Source: Minisyncoccota bacterium (GTDB lineage: Bacteria > Patescibacteriota > Minisyncoccia > Minisyncoccales > CSSED10-335). Taken from it: a stretch of DNA of 64,000 nucleotides. Both the position numbers and the translations under genes were made by a program. Below are positions 19,645 to 29,847 of this stretch, piece after piece. The notes beneath the pieces are model-generated. The model worked only from the letters and a program-made list of their open reading frames with translations. It was not told the origin of the DNA and ran no database searches. The stretch covers positions 5,497-69,496 of the forward strand of contig JAQVRO010000001.1 of NCBI GenBank assembly GCA_028701035.1, written 5' to 3'. Position 1 is the stretch's first letter. The number at the start of each line of letters is the position of its first letter.

Positions 19645-21237
19645 ATGACACAAATATCAAAAGAAACAAAAGATTTAATCTTGGGATACCAAAAATGGCA
19701 AGAATCACTCCAAAAGAAAGAAGGAGTTTCTACGATTCATGTCGACGAAGTCGCTTCTAAGGTTGCTGCCTTTTATGAAAAGATAAGAGGCATTATAGAC
19801 TGGAAAGAAGAACACCTAATTAAAATAGGTGTGATTGAAAGATCTGTTAGGAAAAGAATTATTCCTAAAATTGGAGTAAAAGAAGAAATAAAAGTGGATG
19901 CCGAGTCGTTAGTATTAGAACTAATAAGGTCTGGCCACTTTCCTAACGATAAGATAGAAGAATCTAAAATAGCAAAAATTCAAACAATAATTAATAAATA
20001 CATATATATTATTGGAAAACATTCAGAAAATGTTCAACTCATCCAATGGCTATCGTCAATCCTATCTTGCGAAATAGAAGAAGCCCTTACGCCATCCATT
20101 AAAGAAAAAGCTTTGATGGATTTTATGTATAATAAAATGAAGGCGTCTACCTTCTTAAGCAAAGATTTAATAGAAAAAGAAGGGATAACCGAAGAAGAAA
20201 AAAACATACAAATATTTATTAATATTCAACGAGCCCTTTTCGATTTAGACGACTCAATAATTGGATACCATCTTATAAAATACAAACACCCCAATTGGTC
20301 AAAATTATCAGACGAGGAATTAAAGGTAATTTCTCTAGATATAATTAAAATAAAAAAAGATATTGACTATGATCTAGATCATCCACTTAAAGGAAAGATT
20401 GGTCAACTTTGTAATAAATACAATACTCCTTATTTGATACTAAATGACATTATATTAGAAAATCCTTTTGAAGCAGAAAATAAAATCGCTAACCCAGCCC
20501 TTTTAGAATCTCTTATTAAAAAGTACTACGAAAAGAGATTAACTAATATGCAATCTCGTATGGTTCGAGCTGGATTCTATTCTACTCTATCAATATTTAT
20601 TACCAATATAGCGTCCCTTCTATTAATAGAAATGCCTGTAGCTAAATACTTCGGTCAATTTTCTAATACTGCCTACATCGTTGATATTTTTGTCCCAACA
20701 GCACTAATGGCAATACTAGTCTTAGCAATAGACCAACCACCAAAAGGAAATCTAGAAAGAGTAATAATGGAGACAATTAAAATATCTTACAATGACGAGA
20801 AAAAAGAAATCTATGAAATTAAAAGATTTAAAAAACGAGGCCCAATATTCAATTTTTTCATATCTTTAATATACGCCGTAAGCTTTATCTTAAGCATGAG
20901 TGCTCTTTACTGGTCTTTAAGCTTAATTAACTTCCCTCCCTTCTCATACATTGTGTTTATAATCTTCCTCTCACTTATTGCTTTCGCAGGAACTAAAATA
21001 AGAGAACGAGCAAAAGAACTACACATGGTAGACCAAAAAGATGGTTTTATTGCAACGATCACCGACTTATTGGCCCTACCAATTATTCTCTTAGGTAAAT
21101 GGCTTACTCTAAGATGGAAAAAATACAATATTATATCCGCTGTATTTAACGCACTAATAGATATGCCTTTATCTATATTTGTTGAATTTATTGAACAATG
21201 GAGATACTTCCTACAAGAAAAGAAAGAAAGACTCTAA
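19645..21237 (+). CDS. hypothetical membrane protein (530 aa): soluble N-terminal half, 4 to 5 TM helices in the C-terminal half
   Basis: ORF track and hydrophobic segments (LSIFITNIASLLLIEMPV, LMAILVLAI, FISLIYAVSFILSMSALYW). Confidence 0.45.
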   Translation: MTQISKETKDLILGYQKWQESLQKKEGVSTIHVDEVASKVAAFYEKIRGIIDWKEEHLIKIGVIERSVRKRIIPKIGVKEEIKVDAESLVLELIRSGHFPNDKIEESKIAKIQTIINKYIYIIGKHSENVQLIQWLSSILSCEIEEALTPSIKEKALMDFMYNKMKASTFLSKDLIEKEGITEEEKNIQIFINIQRALFDLDDSIIGYHLIKYKHPNWSKLSDEELKVISLDIIKIKKDIDYDLDHPLKGKIGQLCNKYNTPYLILNDIILENPFEAENKIANPALLESLIKKYYEKRLTNMQSRMVRAGFYSTLSIFITNIASLLLIEMPVAKYFGQFSNTAYIVDIFVPTALMAILVLAIDQPPKGNLERVIMETIKISYNDEKKEIYEIKRFKKRGPIFNFFISLIYAVSFILSMSALYWSLSLINFPPFSYIVFIIFLSLIAFAGTKIRERAKELHMVDQKDGFIATITDLLALPIILLGKWLTLRWKKYNIISAVFNALIDMPLSIFVEFIEQWRYFLQEKKERL

Positions 21238-22358
21238 TGAAAAAGTATAAAATTATAACTTATGGATGTTTGGCCAACTATTCTGACAGCGAAAGAATTG
21301 AAAAAAAATTAAAAGATAAGGGCTATTTAGCGAGCGAAAATCCAGATCTTGTAATAATTAATATCTGCTCAATAAGACAATCAGCTGTGGATCGAGCCTT
21401 TGCTCAAGCAAAAAAATATAAAAAAGTAATAGTTACTGGTTGTTTACTAGATTCGGATCGTGATAAATTCGCCAAATACGCTAAGATTGTTAAAAAAGAA
21501 GACTGCCTCAAGACAAAAATCACTCACTCTTGCCTTGTTCCAATAATGACGGGGTGCAATAATTTCTGTAGTTATTGCGTTGTCCCCTATACTCGGGGAC
21601 GAGAATACTCTAGACCTCAAGAAGAAGTTATCAAAGAAACAAAATCTTTTATTAAAAATGGAGCAAAAGAAATTTGGCTTTTGGGACAAAATGTAAATTC
21701 ATATAAATATGATTTTCCAAAATTGCTAAAAAACATTAACTCTATTCCGGGAGATTTTTGGATAAGATTTTTGAGCTCTCATCCAAAAGATATGAGTCGC
21801 GAATTAATTAAAAGCGTAAAAGAATTACCAAAAGTTACCGAATATATTAATTTGGCGGTTCAATCGGGAGACAATGAAATACTTAAAAAGATGAACCGAA
21901 AATACACCATAGAAGAATACAAGAAGTTAGCACTAAAGATTAAAAAAGAAATTCCTAATGTTTGCTTGTCAACCGATGTAATTGTTGGATTTCCCGGAGA
22001 AACAAAAAATGCTTTCAAAAATACATTGAAACTATTTAAAGAGATTGAATTTGATATGGCATATATTTCAAAATACTCTCCAAGACCAGGAACTCTAGCA
22101 TCAAAGATGGATAATCAAATATCGTTTGAGGAAAAGACAAAGAGATACAACGAATTGAATGATTTGCTTAAAAAAATATCTCTAAAAAGGAACAAGCAAC
22201 TAGTTGGGCAAAACACTAGAGTATTAATAAATAAAAACTCCATCGGAAAAACAAGAGAATACAAAACAATAAAAGTTGAGGGTGCCAGCGATAATTCTTT
22301 TGTTGATGTAGAAATAACAAAAGCTTTAATATGGGGACTAGAAGGAAAGATAAAATAA
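21237..22358 (+). CDS. miaB: radical-SAM methylthiotransferase, MiaB family (tRNA ms2i6A37 synthase-like), with TRAM domain
   Basis: N-terminal MTTase cysteines (TYGC...ICS), radical SAM CNNFCSYC. Start chosen at MKKYKIITYGC (ATG overlaps the upstream stop, TAATG). Adjacent to miaA. Confidence 0.7.
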   Translation: MKKYKIITYGCLANYSDSERIEKKLKDKGYLASENPDLVIINICSIRQSAVDRAFAQAKKYKKVIVTGCLLDSDRDKFAKYAKIVKKEDCLKTKITHSCLVPIMTGCNNFCSYCVVPYTRGREYSRPQEEVIKETKSFIKNGAKEIWLLGQNVNSYKYDFPKLLKNINSIPGDFWIRFLSSHPKDMSRELIKSVKELPKVTEYINLAVQSGDNEILKKMNRKYTIEEYKKLALKIKKEIPNVCLSTDVIVGFPGETKNAFKNTLKLFKEIEFDMAYISKYSPRPGTLASKMDNQISFEEKTKRYNELNDLLKKISLKRNKQLVGQNTRVLINKNSIGKTREYKTIKVEGASDNSFVDVEITKALIWGLEGKIK

Positions 22359-23206
22359 TAGCTATTTTAGGAGCAACTGCTTCTGGAAAAAGCGATTTAG
22401 CGGTCACACTAGCTCAAAAATTTAATGGTGAGGTAGTTTCTGCCGATTCTAGACAAGTATATATCGGCATGGATATTGGTAGTGGCAAAATTACTAAAAA
22501 AGAAATGAAGGGTGTCCCCCACCACCTACTAAGCATTGCTAGTCCAAAAAGAAATTTTAGCGCTGGACAATATCAGAAAAAAGCAGATCAAATAATTAAT
22601 CAAATTTTAAAAAAGAGTAAACTCCCTATTATTTGTGGAGGAAGTAATTTCTATATCAACACCATTACCAAAGGACTGGTTATGCCTAGCACAAAACCAG
22701 ACTATAAGTTAAGAAGTAAATTAAATAAAAAAAGTAACGAAGAGCTATACAAGATACTTAAAAACTTAGACCCATTAAGAGCGAAAAATATTGATAAAAA
22801 TAATCCTAGAAGATTGATAAGAGCAATTGAGGTTGCCCCCTCAGCTCCTCTTAAAGAAGACCCAAAATACGATTGCTTAGAGTTAGCAATTAAAAAGGAT
22901 AACTTGGAGCTTTTAATCAAAAAAAGAATTGATAAAAGAATTAAAATCGGAATGATTAAAGAAGTTAAAAGACTGAGAATTGGTGGCCTCTCGTGGCAAA
23001 GAATAGAAAACTTTGGACTAGAATACAAATGGATTGCAATCTACTTACAAAACAGAATATCAAAACAAAATATGATTGATGGAATCTTGCAGAGTTCAAT
23101 TAAATTAGCCAAGAGTCAAAACTCTTGGCTAAAAAAAGAAAAAAATATATACTGGATTAAAAATAAGAATGAGGCAGAAAAATTAATAAAAAATTTCCTA
23201 AATTAA
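22331..23206 (+). CDS. miaA: tRNA dimethylallyltransferase
   Basis: P-loop GATASGKS and DSRQVYIGMDIGSGKIT motif. Confidence 0.8.
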   Translation: MGTRRKDKIIAILGATASGKSDLAVTLAQKFNGEVVSADSRQVYIGMDIGSGKITKKEMKGVPHHLLSIASPKRNFSAGQYQKKADQIINQILKKSKLPIICGGSNFYINTITKGLVMPSTKPDYKLRSKLNKKSNEELYKILKNLDPLRAKNIDKNNPRRLIRAIEVAPSAPLKEDPKYDCLELAIKKDNLELLIKKRIDKRIKIGMIKEVKRLRIGGLSWQRIENFGLEYKWIAIYLQNRISKQNMIDGILQSSIKLAKSQNSWLKKEKNIYWIKNKNEAEKLIKNFLN

Positions 23207-24661
23207 TTTCTCTTTAAGTATCTTTTCTATTACTTTTGGATTAGCTCGGCCCTTAGTTTTAGCCATTATCCCACCAATTAAAAACTTAAAAGACGCTTCC
23301 TTGCCTTGCCTATAATCTTCAACTGCTTTAGGGTTTTCTTTAATGACCATCTCTATCATTAACTCAATTTCAGACTCATCTTCAAGCTCTGTGAGCCCTT
23401 TGTCTTTAATGATCTGAGATGGGTCACCACCAGTATTAAACATCTCTTTTAAGACCTCTTTCGCAACCTTACTAGACATTTTGTCTTTGTAAATTAAACA
23501 AACAAACTCGGCAAAGTTCTCGGGATCAATTGGAAGCTCGTCTCCGGTGCGTAAAGACTGAAAATCAGTCAAAAGATAATTTGCAGCCAGTCTTGATAGT
23601 TTTGGCATAACATCATCAACACTAAGAGTTATGTCTGTCTCTTTAATCCAATTTCTAAGCTCACTTACTACTTTTTCGTAATAATCTCCTAATTCCTTAT
23701 CTGTTACTAAAAACTCTGTTTCTTTATCAGAAAGGCTATACTCTTCTTGAAAACGGGATCGTCTTTGTTGAGGCAACTCAACAATAGATGATTTTATTCT
23801 TTGTAAATCAATACCGCTGTCTTTGATATAAACTGGAGGCAAATCGGGGTCGGGAAAATAGCGATAATCATGAGACTGCTCCTTGCTTCTTTGTCCAATA
23901 GTTATTTGTTTATTATCATCCCAACCCCTAGTTTCTTGAACAACAACTCCCCCACTATCCAATAATTCTTGCTGTCTTTTTATTTCATACTCCAACGCTC
24001 TCTCTATTGACCTAAAAGAGTTTAGATTCTTAATTTCTACTCTTACACCGTCTAGTTTGCCTGGGGCTGAAGATAACGAAATATTGGCATCAGCTCTCAT
24101 TTCTCCTTTTTCCAAGTCAACATTAGAAACATTCAAATACTTTAAAATCAAACGCAACTCTTGAGCAAAGCGAGTTGCTTCCTTGGCAGATTTAATAACT
24201 GGTTCCGTAACAAGCTCCATTAAAGGAACGCCGGATCTATTAAAATCAACCAAAGAACTATCAGAATCGGACGAATGAACCAATTTGCCCGCATCCTCTT
24301 CAAGATGAATTCTAGTTATTTTAATATCTCGCCCATCAACATTAAGAGAACCTCCTAGACAAAAAGGGTTTTCGTTTTGGCTAATCTGATAAGCTTTTGG
24401 TAAGTCGGGGTAAAAATAGTTTTTTCTATCAAATTTAGAATACTCTGGAATTTGACAACCAAGAGCAAGACCAACCCTAATAGTCTTCTCGATCGCTTTT
24501 TTATTAGCCACCGGTAAAGTTCCGGGGTGACCAGAACATACTGGACAAATATTAATATTAGGTGTCTTGTTATCAGATTCGTTTTTACAAGAGCAAAACA
24601 TTTTAGAATCTGTGTTAAGCTCTACATGAACTTCAAGACCAATGACAGTTTCGTATTTCAT
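23198..24661 (-). CDS. gatB: aspartyl/glutamyl-tRNA amidotransferase subunit B
   Basis: N-terminus MKYETVIGLEVHVELNTDSKMFCSC is typical GatB. 487 aa. Confidence 0.9.
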   Translation of the reverse strand: MKYETVIGLEVHVELNTDSKMFCSCKNESDNKTPNINICPVCSGHPGTLPVANKKAIEKTIRVGLALGCQIPEYSKFDRKNYFYPDLPKAYQISQNENPFCLGGSLNVDGRDIKITRIHLEEDAGKLVHSSDSDSSLVDFNRSGVPLMELVTEPVIKSAKEATRFAQELRLILKYLNVSNVDLEKGEMRADANISLSSAPGKLDGVRVEIKNLNSFRSIERALEYEIKRQQELLDSGGVVVQETRGWDDNKQITIGQRSKEQSHDYRYFPDPDLPPVYIKDSGIDLQRIKSSIVELPQQRRSRFQEEYSLSDKETEFLVTDKELGDYYEKVVSELRNWIKETDITLSVDDVMPKLSRLAANYLLTDFQSLRTGDELPIDPENFAEFVCLIYKDKMSSKVAKEVLKEMFNTGGDPSQIIKDKGLTELEDESEIELMIEMVIKENPKAVEDYRQGKEASFKFLIGGIMAKTKGRANPKVIEKILKEKLI

Positions 24662-25317
24662 TATTTCAAACCTTTCATTATTTTAACTCCAGAGCTAGTT
24701 CCGACGATACTAGCCCCCGCCTTTAGGGCTTTCTTAACATCTTCCACTGTTTTAATATTACCCGAGGCCTTAACAACTAAACCTGAATGCTTCTTCATCA
24801 ATTTCAAATGAATAATCTTTTCGTCCATTTCTCTATTCTCTAACGGGTCCTTAGAAGTTGCAGTTTTGATACAAAAAGCACCAGATTCTTTAACAACCTT
24901 GGAAACTTTAATAATCTCATCGTCGGTTAAAAACCCCGAACCAATTATTACCTTAGTTGGTAATATTTTACAAAGAGGCTTTAAATCTTTTAAAACCTTG
25001 TCATATCGGTCATATTTAACATCAATAACATTTAAGACAATATCTAACTCGTCAGCTCCATCTTTTTTAGCCTTTTTGCACATCGCTAATCTCTTAGCAT
25101 GAGCAGATAACCCCATATGCGGATCAATTAAAACAACTGTTTTGACTGAAGTCCCTTTTAATTCTTTGGCGACCAGAGAAACAAATTTAGGATTAACACA
25201 AACCCCATGAAAACCATAAAGCTTGGCCTCCAAACATCTCTCTTTAATATCTTTAGTTGTTGCCTCGGACCTAATATCAGTATGATCTATTGTGCTTGCT
25301 ATTTTTTTTATTGTCAT
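24661..25317 (-). CDS. deoC: deoxyribose-phosphate aldolase
   Basis: DeoC-like pattern IDHTDIRSEATTKDIKERCLEAKLYGFHGVCVNP and Schiff-base lysine region VVKASGNI. Confidence 0.65.
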   Translation of the reverse strand: MTIKKIASTIDHTDIRSEATTKDIKERCLEAKLYGFHGVCVNPKFVSLVAKELKGTSVKTVVLIDPHMGLSAHAKRLAMCKKAKKDGADELDIVLNVIDVKYDRYDKVLKDLKPLCKILPTKVIIGSGFLTDDEIIKVSKVVKESGAFCIKTATSKDPLENREMDEKIIHLKLMKKHSGLVVKASGNIKTVEDVKKALKAGASIVGTSSGVKIMKGLK

Positions 25318-25997
25318 ATCTTTATTATTTTTAATATTTTTTGATTAATATCTTCGGGACTTAAAATATTATCCCCCACCATACAGTCTATAAACTTAAA
25401 ATCTCGGGGGTATGCTTTGGTTAATTCGATGTAAGCATTAAGACTATTTTTCAAATGCTCTTTATCATTCTCATGGATATCTTTCTTTTTCCCTAAAAAA
25501 CTAACCGCTTTTTTCTTTTGACTTTTATTCTTAGAAAGCTTGTAAGAAAAATCCACAGAAACTTTAAGAATAATTGTTAAATCTGGTTTTGGTATTTTAA
25601 ATATTCCATACTCTAAATTATATAACCATTTTAAATACTCCTCTCTTTTAGCTTTGCTCTTAATTTTACCTCCCTGATGACCGATATTAGAAGCGATATA
25701 GCGATCGGCAATCACAATATTTCCTTCGTCGATCCATTTTTTAATTTGAAAAGATGAGGCATAACGGTCAACTGCATAAAAAATAGATGCTCTGTATGGT
25801 CCAACCTCGTTAGCACTACCATAATTACCAGCCAAATACTCTTCTATTGATCCAGCTGATTTTTCTCCATATCTGGGAAAATCTATTTTCTTAACCTTCA
25901 ATCCTTTGGAAATTAATTTATCTGTTAATAGCTTAACCTGAGTAGCTTTTCCCGAGCCATCAACACCCTCTATGACTATAAATTTTCCTGGTTTCAT
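25314..25997 (-). CDS. tmk: thymidylate kinase
   Basis: P-loop IEGVDGSGKATQ and the DRY...Q(G) motif of the dTMP kinase family. Confidence 0.75.
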   Translation of the reverse strand: MKPGKFIVIEGVDGSGKATQVKLLTDKLISKGLKVKKIDFPRYGEKSAGSIEEYLAGNYGSANEVGPYRASIFYAVDRYASSFQIKKWIDEGNIVIADRYIASNIGHQGGKIKSKAKREEYLKWLYNLEYGIFKIPKPDLTIILKVSVDFSYKLSKNKSQKKKAVSFLGKKKDIHENDKEHLKNSLNAYIELTKAYPRDFKFIDCMVGDNILSPEDINQKILKIIKI

Positions 25998-26473
25998 TAT
26001 CCTAAAAATGTTATATCTTGATTAGGTTTATCTAAAATATCAACTTGAACACCTGCTTCTTTAAATAATTCGATAAAAGAATCATCGGCATAATTACTAA
26101 AAGTTACATACCTATTAATCTTTGAATTAACTAACATTTTGGCACAAATAATACAAGGAGTGTGAGTGCAATAAACGGTAGCTCCGGCTAAAGAAATACC
26201 ATGAAGAGAGCTTTGAATTATTACATTTTGCTCTGCATGAATAGCTCGACATATTTCGTGCTTAGTTCCAGAAGGTATACCATTTTGATCTCTTAAACAT
26301 CCGAGTTCAAGACAATCTTTAAGACCTGATGCTGCCCCATTATATCCTGTTGCTAATATGTGCTTGTCTTTTACAGCAACTGCGCCGACATGATGTCTGA
26401 CGCAGGTAGATCTCTCAGCAACAACGAGAGCAATTTTTAAAAAATACTCATCTATTGAGATTCTTTTCATCAA
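25997..26473 (-). CDS. dCMP deaminase (CMP/dCMP deaminase zinc-binding family)
   Basis: HAEQNVI and CTHTPCIICAKML zinc-binding motifs. Confidence 0.8.
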   Translation of the reverse strand: MMKRISIDEYFLKIALVVAERSTCVRHHVGAVAVKDKHILATGYNGAASGLKDCLELGCLRDQNGIPSGTKHEICRAIHAEQNVIIQSSLHGISLAGATVYCTHTPCIICAKMLVNSKINRYVTFSNYADDSFIELFKEAGVQVDILDKPNQDITFLG

Positions 26474-26474
26474 A

Positions 26475-26900
26475 TTATTTTTTTATTTCTATTCCCATAT
26501 TTTTCGCAGTCCCCTCTATCGTTCTCATAGCCGCATCAATATCGTTAGCGTTGAGATCAACCATCTTTTTTTCTGTAACCTCTTTTAGTTGATCTTTAGT
26601 AATTGTAGCTACCTTTTGCTTGTTAGGAGTTTTAGCACCCTTTTCTATTCCTGCAACTTTCTTTAAAAGCTCCGATGCTGGAGGTTGCTTCATTTTGAAA
26701 GCATAAGTTCTATCTTCAAATATAGTAACCTCTACTGGCACAGTAAATCCAGCCTTATCTTTACTCTGATCGTTAAACTTTTGACAAAACTCTGCGATAT
26801 TTAATCCATGTGGTGCCAAAGAAGGCCCAACTGGAGGAGCTGGTGTTGCTTTACCGGCTGCTATTTGTAATTTTACAACTGCTTTAATTTTTTTAGCCAT
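26475..26900 (-). CDS. rplK: 50S ribosomal protein L11
   Basis: N-terminus [31 protein letters not shown]. Confidence 0.9.
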   Translation of the reverse strand: MAKKIKAVVKLQIAAGKATPAPPVGPSLAPHGLNIAEFCQKFNDQSKDKAGFTVPVEVTIFEDRTYAFKMKQPPASELLKKVAGIEKGAKTPNKQKVATITKDQLKEVTEKKMVDLNANDIDAAMRTIEGTAKNMGIEIKK

Positions 26901-26904
26901 AATA

Positions 26905-27450
26905 TTATATCTTATTAATCTGTAGAGAGTCCAATTCTACCGGAGTATCCCTACCAAACATATTAACCAAAACTTTTATCTTGCCCCTTTCAGAATCAAT
27001 TTCAGAAACTCGTCCATCGAAATCTTTAAAAGGTCCATCCACTATTTTAACTGCATCGCCTACTATAACATCTATCTTAAATCTTGGAACCTCAGCACCC
27101 ATTCTCTTTTTTAATAAATCAACTTCTTCAAAAGATAGTGGAAGTGGAGTTGTTCCCGCACCAACAAAACCAGTAACATTTGGCGTGTTTCGAACCACAT
27201 ACCAAGAATCATCGGTAACTATCATTTCTACTAAAACATAACCTGGATATATCTTTTCTTCAACAGATTTTCTTTTGCCATTCTTAATCTTGACTTTCTT
27301 CTCTTTAGGAACGATAACACTAAAAATCTTATCTTCCATACCTAAAGATTCAGCTCTTTGACGTAAGTTTTTAGCTACCGCTTCCTCATATCCAGAATAA
27401 GTATGAATGACGTACCATCTTTTTTCTTGTGAAAATTGTTGTTTGGACAT
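26905..27450 (-). CDS. nusG: transcription termination/antitermination factor NusG
   Basis: NGN domain ([13 protein letters not shown]) and KOW motif ([18 protein letters not shown]). Confidence 0.9.
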   Translation of the reverse strand: MSKQQFSQEKRWYVIHTYSGYEEAVAKNLRQRAESLGMEDKIFSVIVPKEKKVKIKNGKRKSVEEKIYPGYVLVEMIVTDDSWYVVRNTPNVTGFVGAGTTPLPLSFEEVDLLKKRMGAEVPRFKIDVIVGDAVKIVDGPFKDFDGRVSEIDSERGKIKVLVNMFGRDTPVELDSLQINKI

Positions 27451-27452
27451 AT

Positions 27453-27677
27453 TTAAAGAATAAAGTTTCTAAAAAGAGTAGTGAATATATAATCAAATCC
27501 TCCAAGCATTATTGCTGTTATTATAGAGGCAACAATAACAATTAAACCATATTTTATAGCATAGTTTGAAGTAGGCCAAGTCACTTTGGCTGTTTCTTGT
27601 CTAACTTCTCTAAAGAATGTTCCTATGTTGTTTATAATCATGTTTTGTATAATAGCTAAACAAAGCTCTTTTGTCAA
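27453..27677 (-). CDS. secE: preprotein translocase subunit SecE
   Basis: 74 aa with a single C-terminal TM helix, immediately upstream of nusG. Confidence 0.75.
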   Translation of the reverse strand: MTKELCLAIIQNMIINNIGTFFREVRQETAKVTWPTSNYAIKYGLIVIVASIITAIMLGGFDYIFTTLFRNFIL

Positions 27678-27679
27678 CC

Positions 27680-29593
27680 TTAAATATCTAAATTTCTAGC
27701 GCTCTTGGCTCTGCTTTGAATAAACTTTTTACGAGGCAAAACATCGTCACCCATTAAAACATCAAAAACTCTATCGGCTTCTTGAGCATCATCTATTTTA
27801 ACTTGCAAAAGAATTCTATTCTCCGGGTTCATGGTTGTCTCCCATAATTGCTCTGGATTCATTTCACCCAGACCCTTATACCTCTGTATTGAAATATTTG
27901 TCTTTTCCTTGCTCATAGAATCTAAAATTTCTTGTTTTTCATCTTCTAAATAAGCATACTCTACTCTTTTGCCAGCTTGTATTTTATACAAAGGAGGTTG
28001 GGCGACATAAACATAACCCGCCTCTATTAATGCCTTAAAATATCTATAAAACAAAGTAAGAATTAGTGTCTTAATATGATTTCCATCAGAATCGGCATCG
28101 GCCATGATAATAATTCTTTGATATCTAAGTTTCTCAATATTAAAGTCCTCGGCAATTGCGGTTCCAAGAGCAATAATTAAAGCTTTTATTTCTTTTGATG
28201 CTAGTATCTTGTCCAAACGAGCTCGCTCAACATTTAAAACTTTACCTCTTAATGGAAGAATGGCCTGAAACCTTCTGTCTCGAGCACCCTTACAAGAACC
28301 TCCTGCAGACTCCCCCTCTACAATATACAACTCTGATTCTTCTGGCTTTCTAGAAGAACAATCTGCTAGTTTGCCCGGTAAAGACAACCCCTCTAAGACA
28401 CCCTTTCTCAATACTGTTTCTCTGGCTGCTTTAGCTGCTTTTCTAGCTTTAGAAGAAAGGAGACATTTTTCAATAATAATCTTAGCATCTTGAGGATTTC
28501 TTTCTAAAAAGTCGGCTAAATATTCAGCCACAACAGCCTCAACGGCTGGCTTAACCTCAGGATTACCTAGCTTCGCTTTGGTTTGTCCTTCAAATTGAGG
28601 TTCTCTAATTTTAACCGATACCACTGCAGTGAGTCCCTCTCTAATATCTTCTCCGCCAAGATTATCATCGGTATTTTTTAATATTCCGTTCTTCTTGGCG
28701 TAATCGTTTAGTGTTCTAGTCAATGCAGATCTAAATCCTGTTAAGTGACTTCCTCCTTCTTTAGTAATAATATTATTAGCAAAACTTTCTTCGTAAGATT
28801 CGTATTCTTCAGTATAGACAAAAGAGGCTTCTACCGCTATTTCGTCTTTAACTCCCGTGCAATAAAATACGTTTTGGTGTCTTTTAATTGAACCTCTAGT
28901 TAAGTGTTTGACATAAGACAATAACCCTCCTTCAAAATAGAAAAAATAACCTTTTTTGTCTTTGGGATCTCTAAAATCGAAAAAACTAACAGCAATAGCC
29001 TTAGTTAAATATGATTGTTGTCTTAGATGAGACAATATTTTTTTAGTACTAAAAGATATTTCTTTAAATATTTCTGGATCGGCCTGAAAAGTAATTACTG
29101 TTCCTCTTTTGTTTGTCTTACCGTCTTTAATAAGCTTTGTCTTGACCTTACCCTTAGAATATTCTTGATAGTATTTATAACCATCACGATAAACATCGGC
29201 TCGCATCCATGTAGAAAGAGCACAGACAACCGACACCCCTACTCCATGAAGTCCGCCAGACACCTGATACGCATCTCCTCCAAACTTTCCACCAGCATGA
29301 AGCGTTGTCATAACTGTTTCTAGGGCAGACTTTTTGGTTTGAGCATGAACATCTATTGGTATTCCTCTACCATCATCTGCCACACTTACAATATTATCAG
29401 GTAAAAGCGTAATCTCTATATTCTTCGCATACCCTCCGATAGCTTCATCTAAAGAGTTATCGGTACACTCCCATATTAAATGATGTAGCCCTTCTGGTCC
29501 AGTAGAACCAATATACATACCAGGCCTTTTTCTTACAGGATCCAAACCTTCCAAAACAAAAATGTCTTTTGAAGTATATTCTTTTTTTGCCAT
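27680..29593 (-). CDS. gyrB: type IIA topoisomerase ATPase subunit (DNA gyrase B; could alternatively be ParE)
   Basis: GHKL ATPase N-terminus (LEGLDPVRKRPGMYIGSTG), Toprim region (EGESAGGS), PLRGKVLNVE. Confidence 0.85.
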   Translation of the reverse strand: MAKKEYTSKDIFVLEGLDPVRKRPGMYIGSTGPEGLHHLIWECTDNSLDEAIGGYAKNIEITLLPDNIVSVADDGRGIPIDVHAQTKKSALETVMTTLHAGGKFGGDAYQVSGGLHGVGVSVVCALSTWMRADVYRDGYKYYQEYSKGKVKTKLIKDGKTNKRGTVITFQADPEIFKEISFSTKKILSHLRQQSYLTKAIAVSFFDFRDPKDKKGYFFYFEGGLLSYVKHLTRGSIKRHQNVFYCTGVKDEIAVEASFVYTEEYESYEESFANNIITKEGGSHLTGFRSALTRTLNDYAKKNGILKNTDDNLGGEDIREGLTAVVSVKIREPQFEGQTKAKLGNPEVKPAVEAVVAEYLADFLERNPQDAKIIIEKCLLSSKARKAAKAARETVLRKGVLEGLSLPGKLADCSSRKPEESELYIVEGESAGGSCKGARDRRFQAILPLRGKVLNVERARLDKILASKEIKALIIALGTAIAEDFNIEKLRYQRIIIMADADSDGNHIKTLILTLFYRYFKALIEAGYVYVAQPPLYKIQAGKRVEYAYLEDEKQEILDSMSKEKTNISIQRYKGLGEMNPEQLWETTMNPENRILLQVKIDDAQEADRVFDVLMGDDVLPRKKFIQSRAKSARNLDI

Positions 29594-29641
29594 TTGAATT
29601 AATTAATTTACTCTTCTATTCTAGCTTAATTTATATTAAAA

Positions 29642-29668
29642 AACAAGAGGTATTTTTCCTCTTGTTTT
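29642..29668 (-). terminator. rho-independent terminator downstream of the tRNA-Met/tRNA-Asp unit
   Basis: Hairpin AACAAGAGG-7 nt loop-CCTCTTGTT followed by T6 on the minus strand (and a T-rich run on plus). Confidence 0.55.
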
Positions 29669-29674
29669 CTCTTT

Positions 29675-29752
29675 TGGCGCGGGCGATGGGATTCGAACCC
29701 ACGATCTCTACCGTGACAAGGTAGCGCTTTAACCTGGCTAAGCCACGCCCGC
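29675..29752 (-). tRNA. tRNA-Asp: tRNA-Asp (anticodon GTC), 3' CCA encoded
   Basis: Acceptor GCGGGCG/CGCCCGC, anticodon stem CTACC/GGTAG with loop TTGTCAC, T-arm GTGGG-TTCGAAT-CCCAT, discriminator G then CCA. Confidence 0.8.
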
Positions 29753-29766
29753 AAAAAATAAAGATA

Positions 29767-29840
29767 TGCCGGCGGGAGGACTCGAACCTCCGACCTACAG
29801 CTTATGAATCTGTCGCTCTAACCAGCTGAGCTACGCCGGC
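29767..29840 (-). tRNA. tRNA-Met: tRNA with CAT anticodon (elongator Met or lysidine-modified Ile2; not initiator-like)
   Basis: Acceptor GCCGGCG/CGCCGGC with a 1:72 base pair, anticodon stem ACAGA/GCTGT with loop TTCATAA, T-arm GGAGG-TTCGAGT-CCTCC. Confidence 0.75.
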
Positions 29841-29847
29841 AAACATG

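Noticed and set aside
21198-21236. Upstream start (MEILPTRKERKTLM) for the MiaB-like gene as given in the ORF track
   Set aside because: It would overlap the preceding gene by 40 nt. The MKKYKIITYGC start at 21237 overlaps the upstream stop in a TAATG arrangement and matches the canonical MTTase N-terminus.
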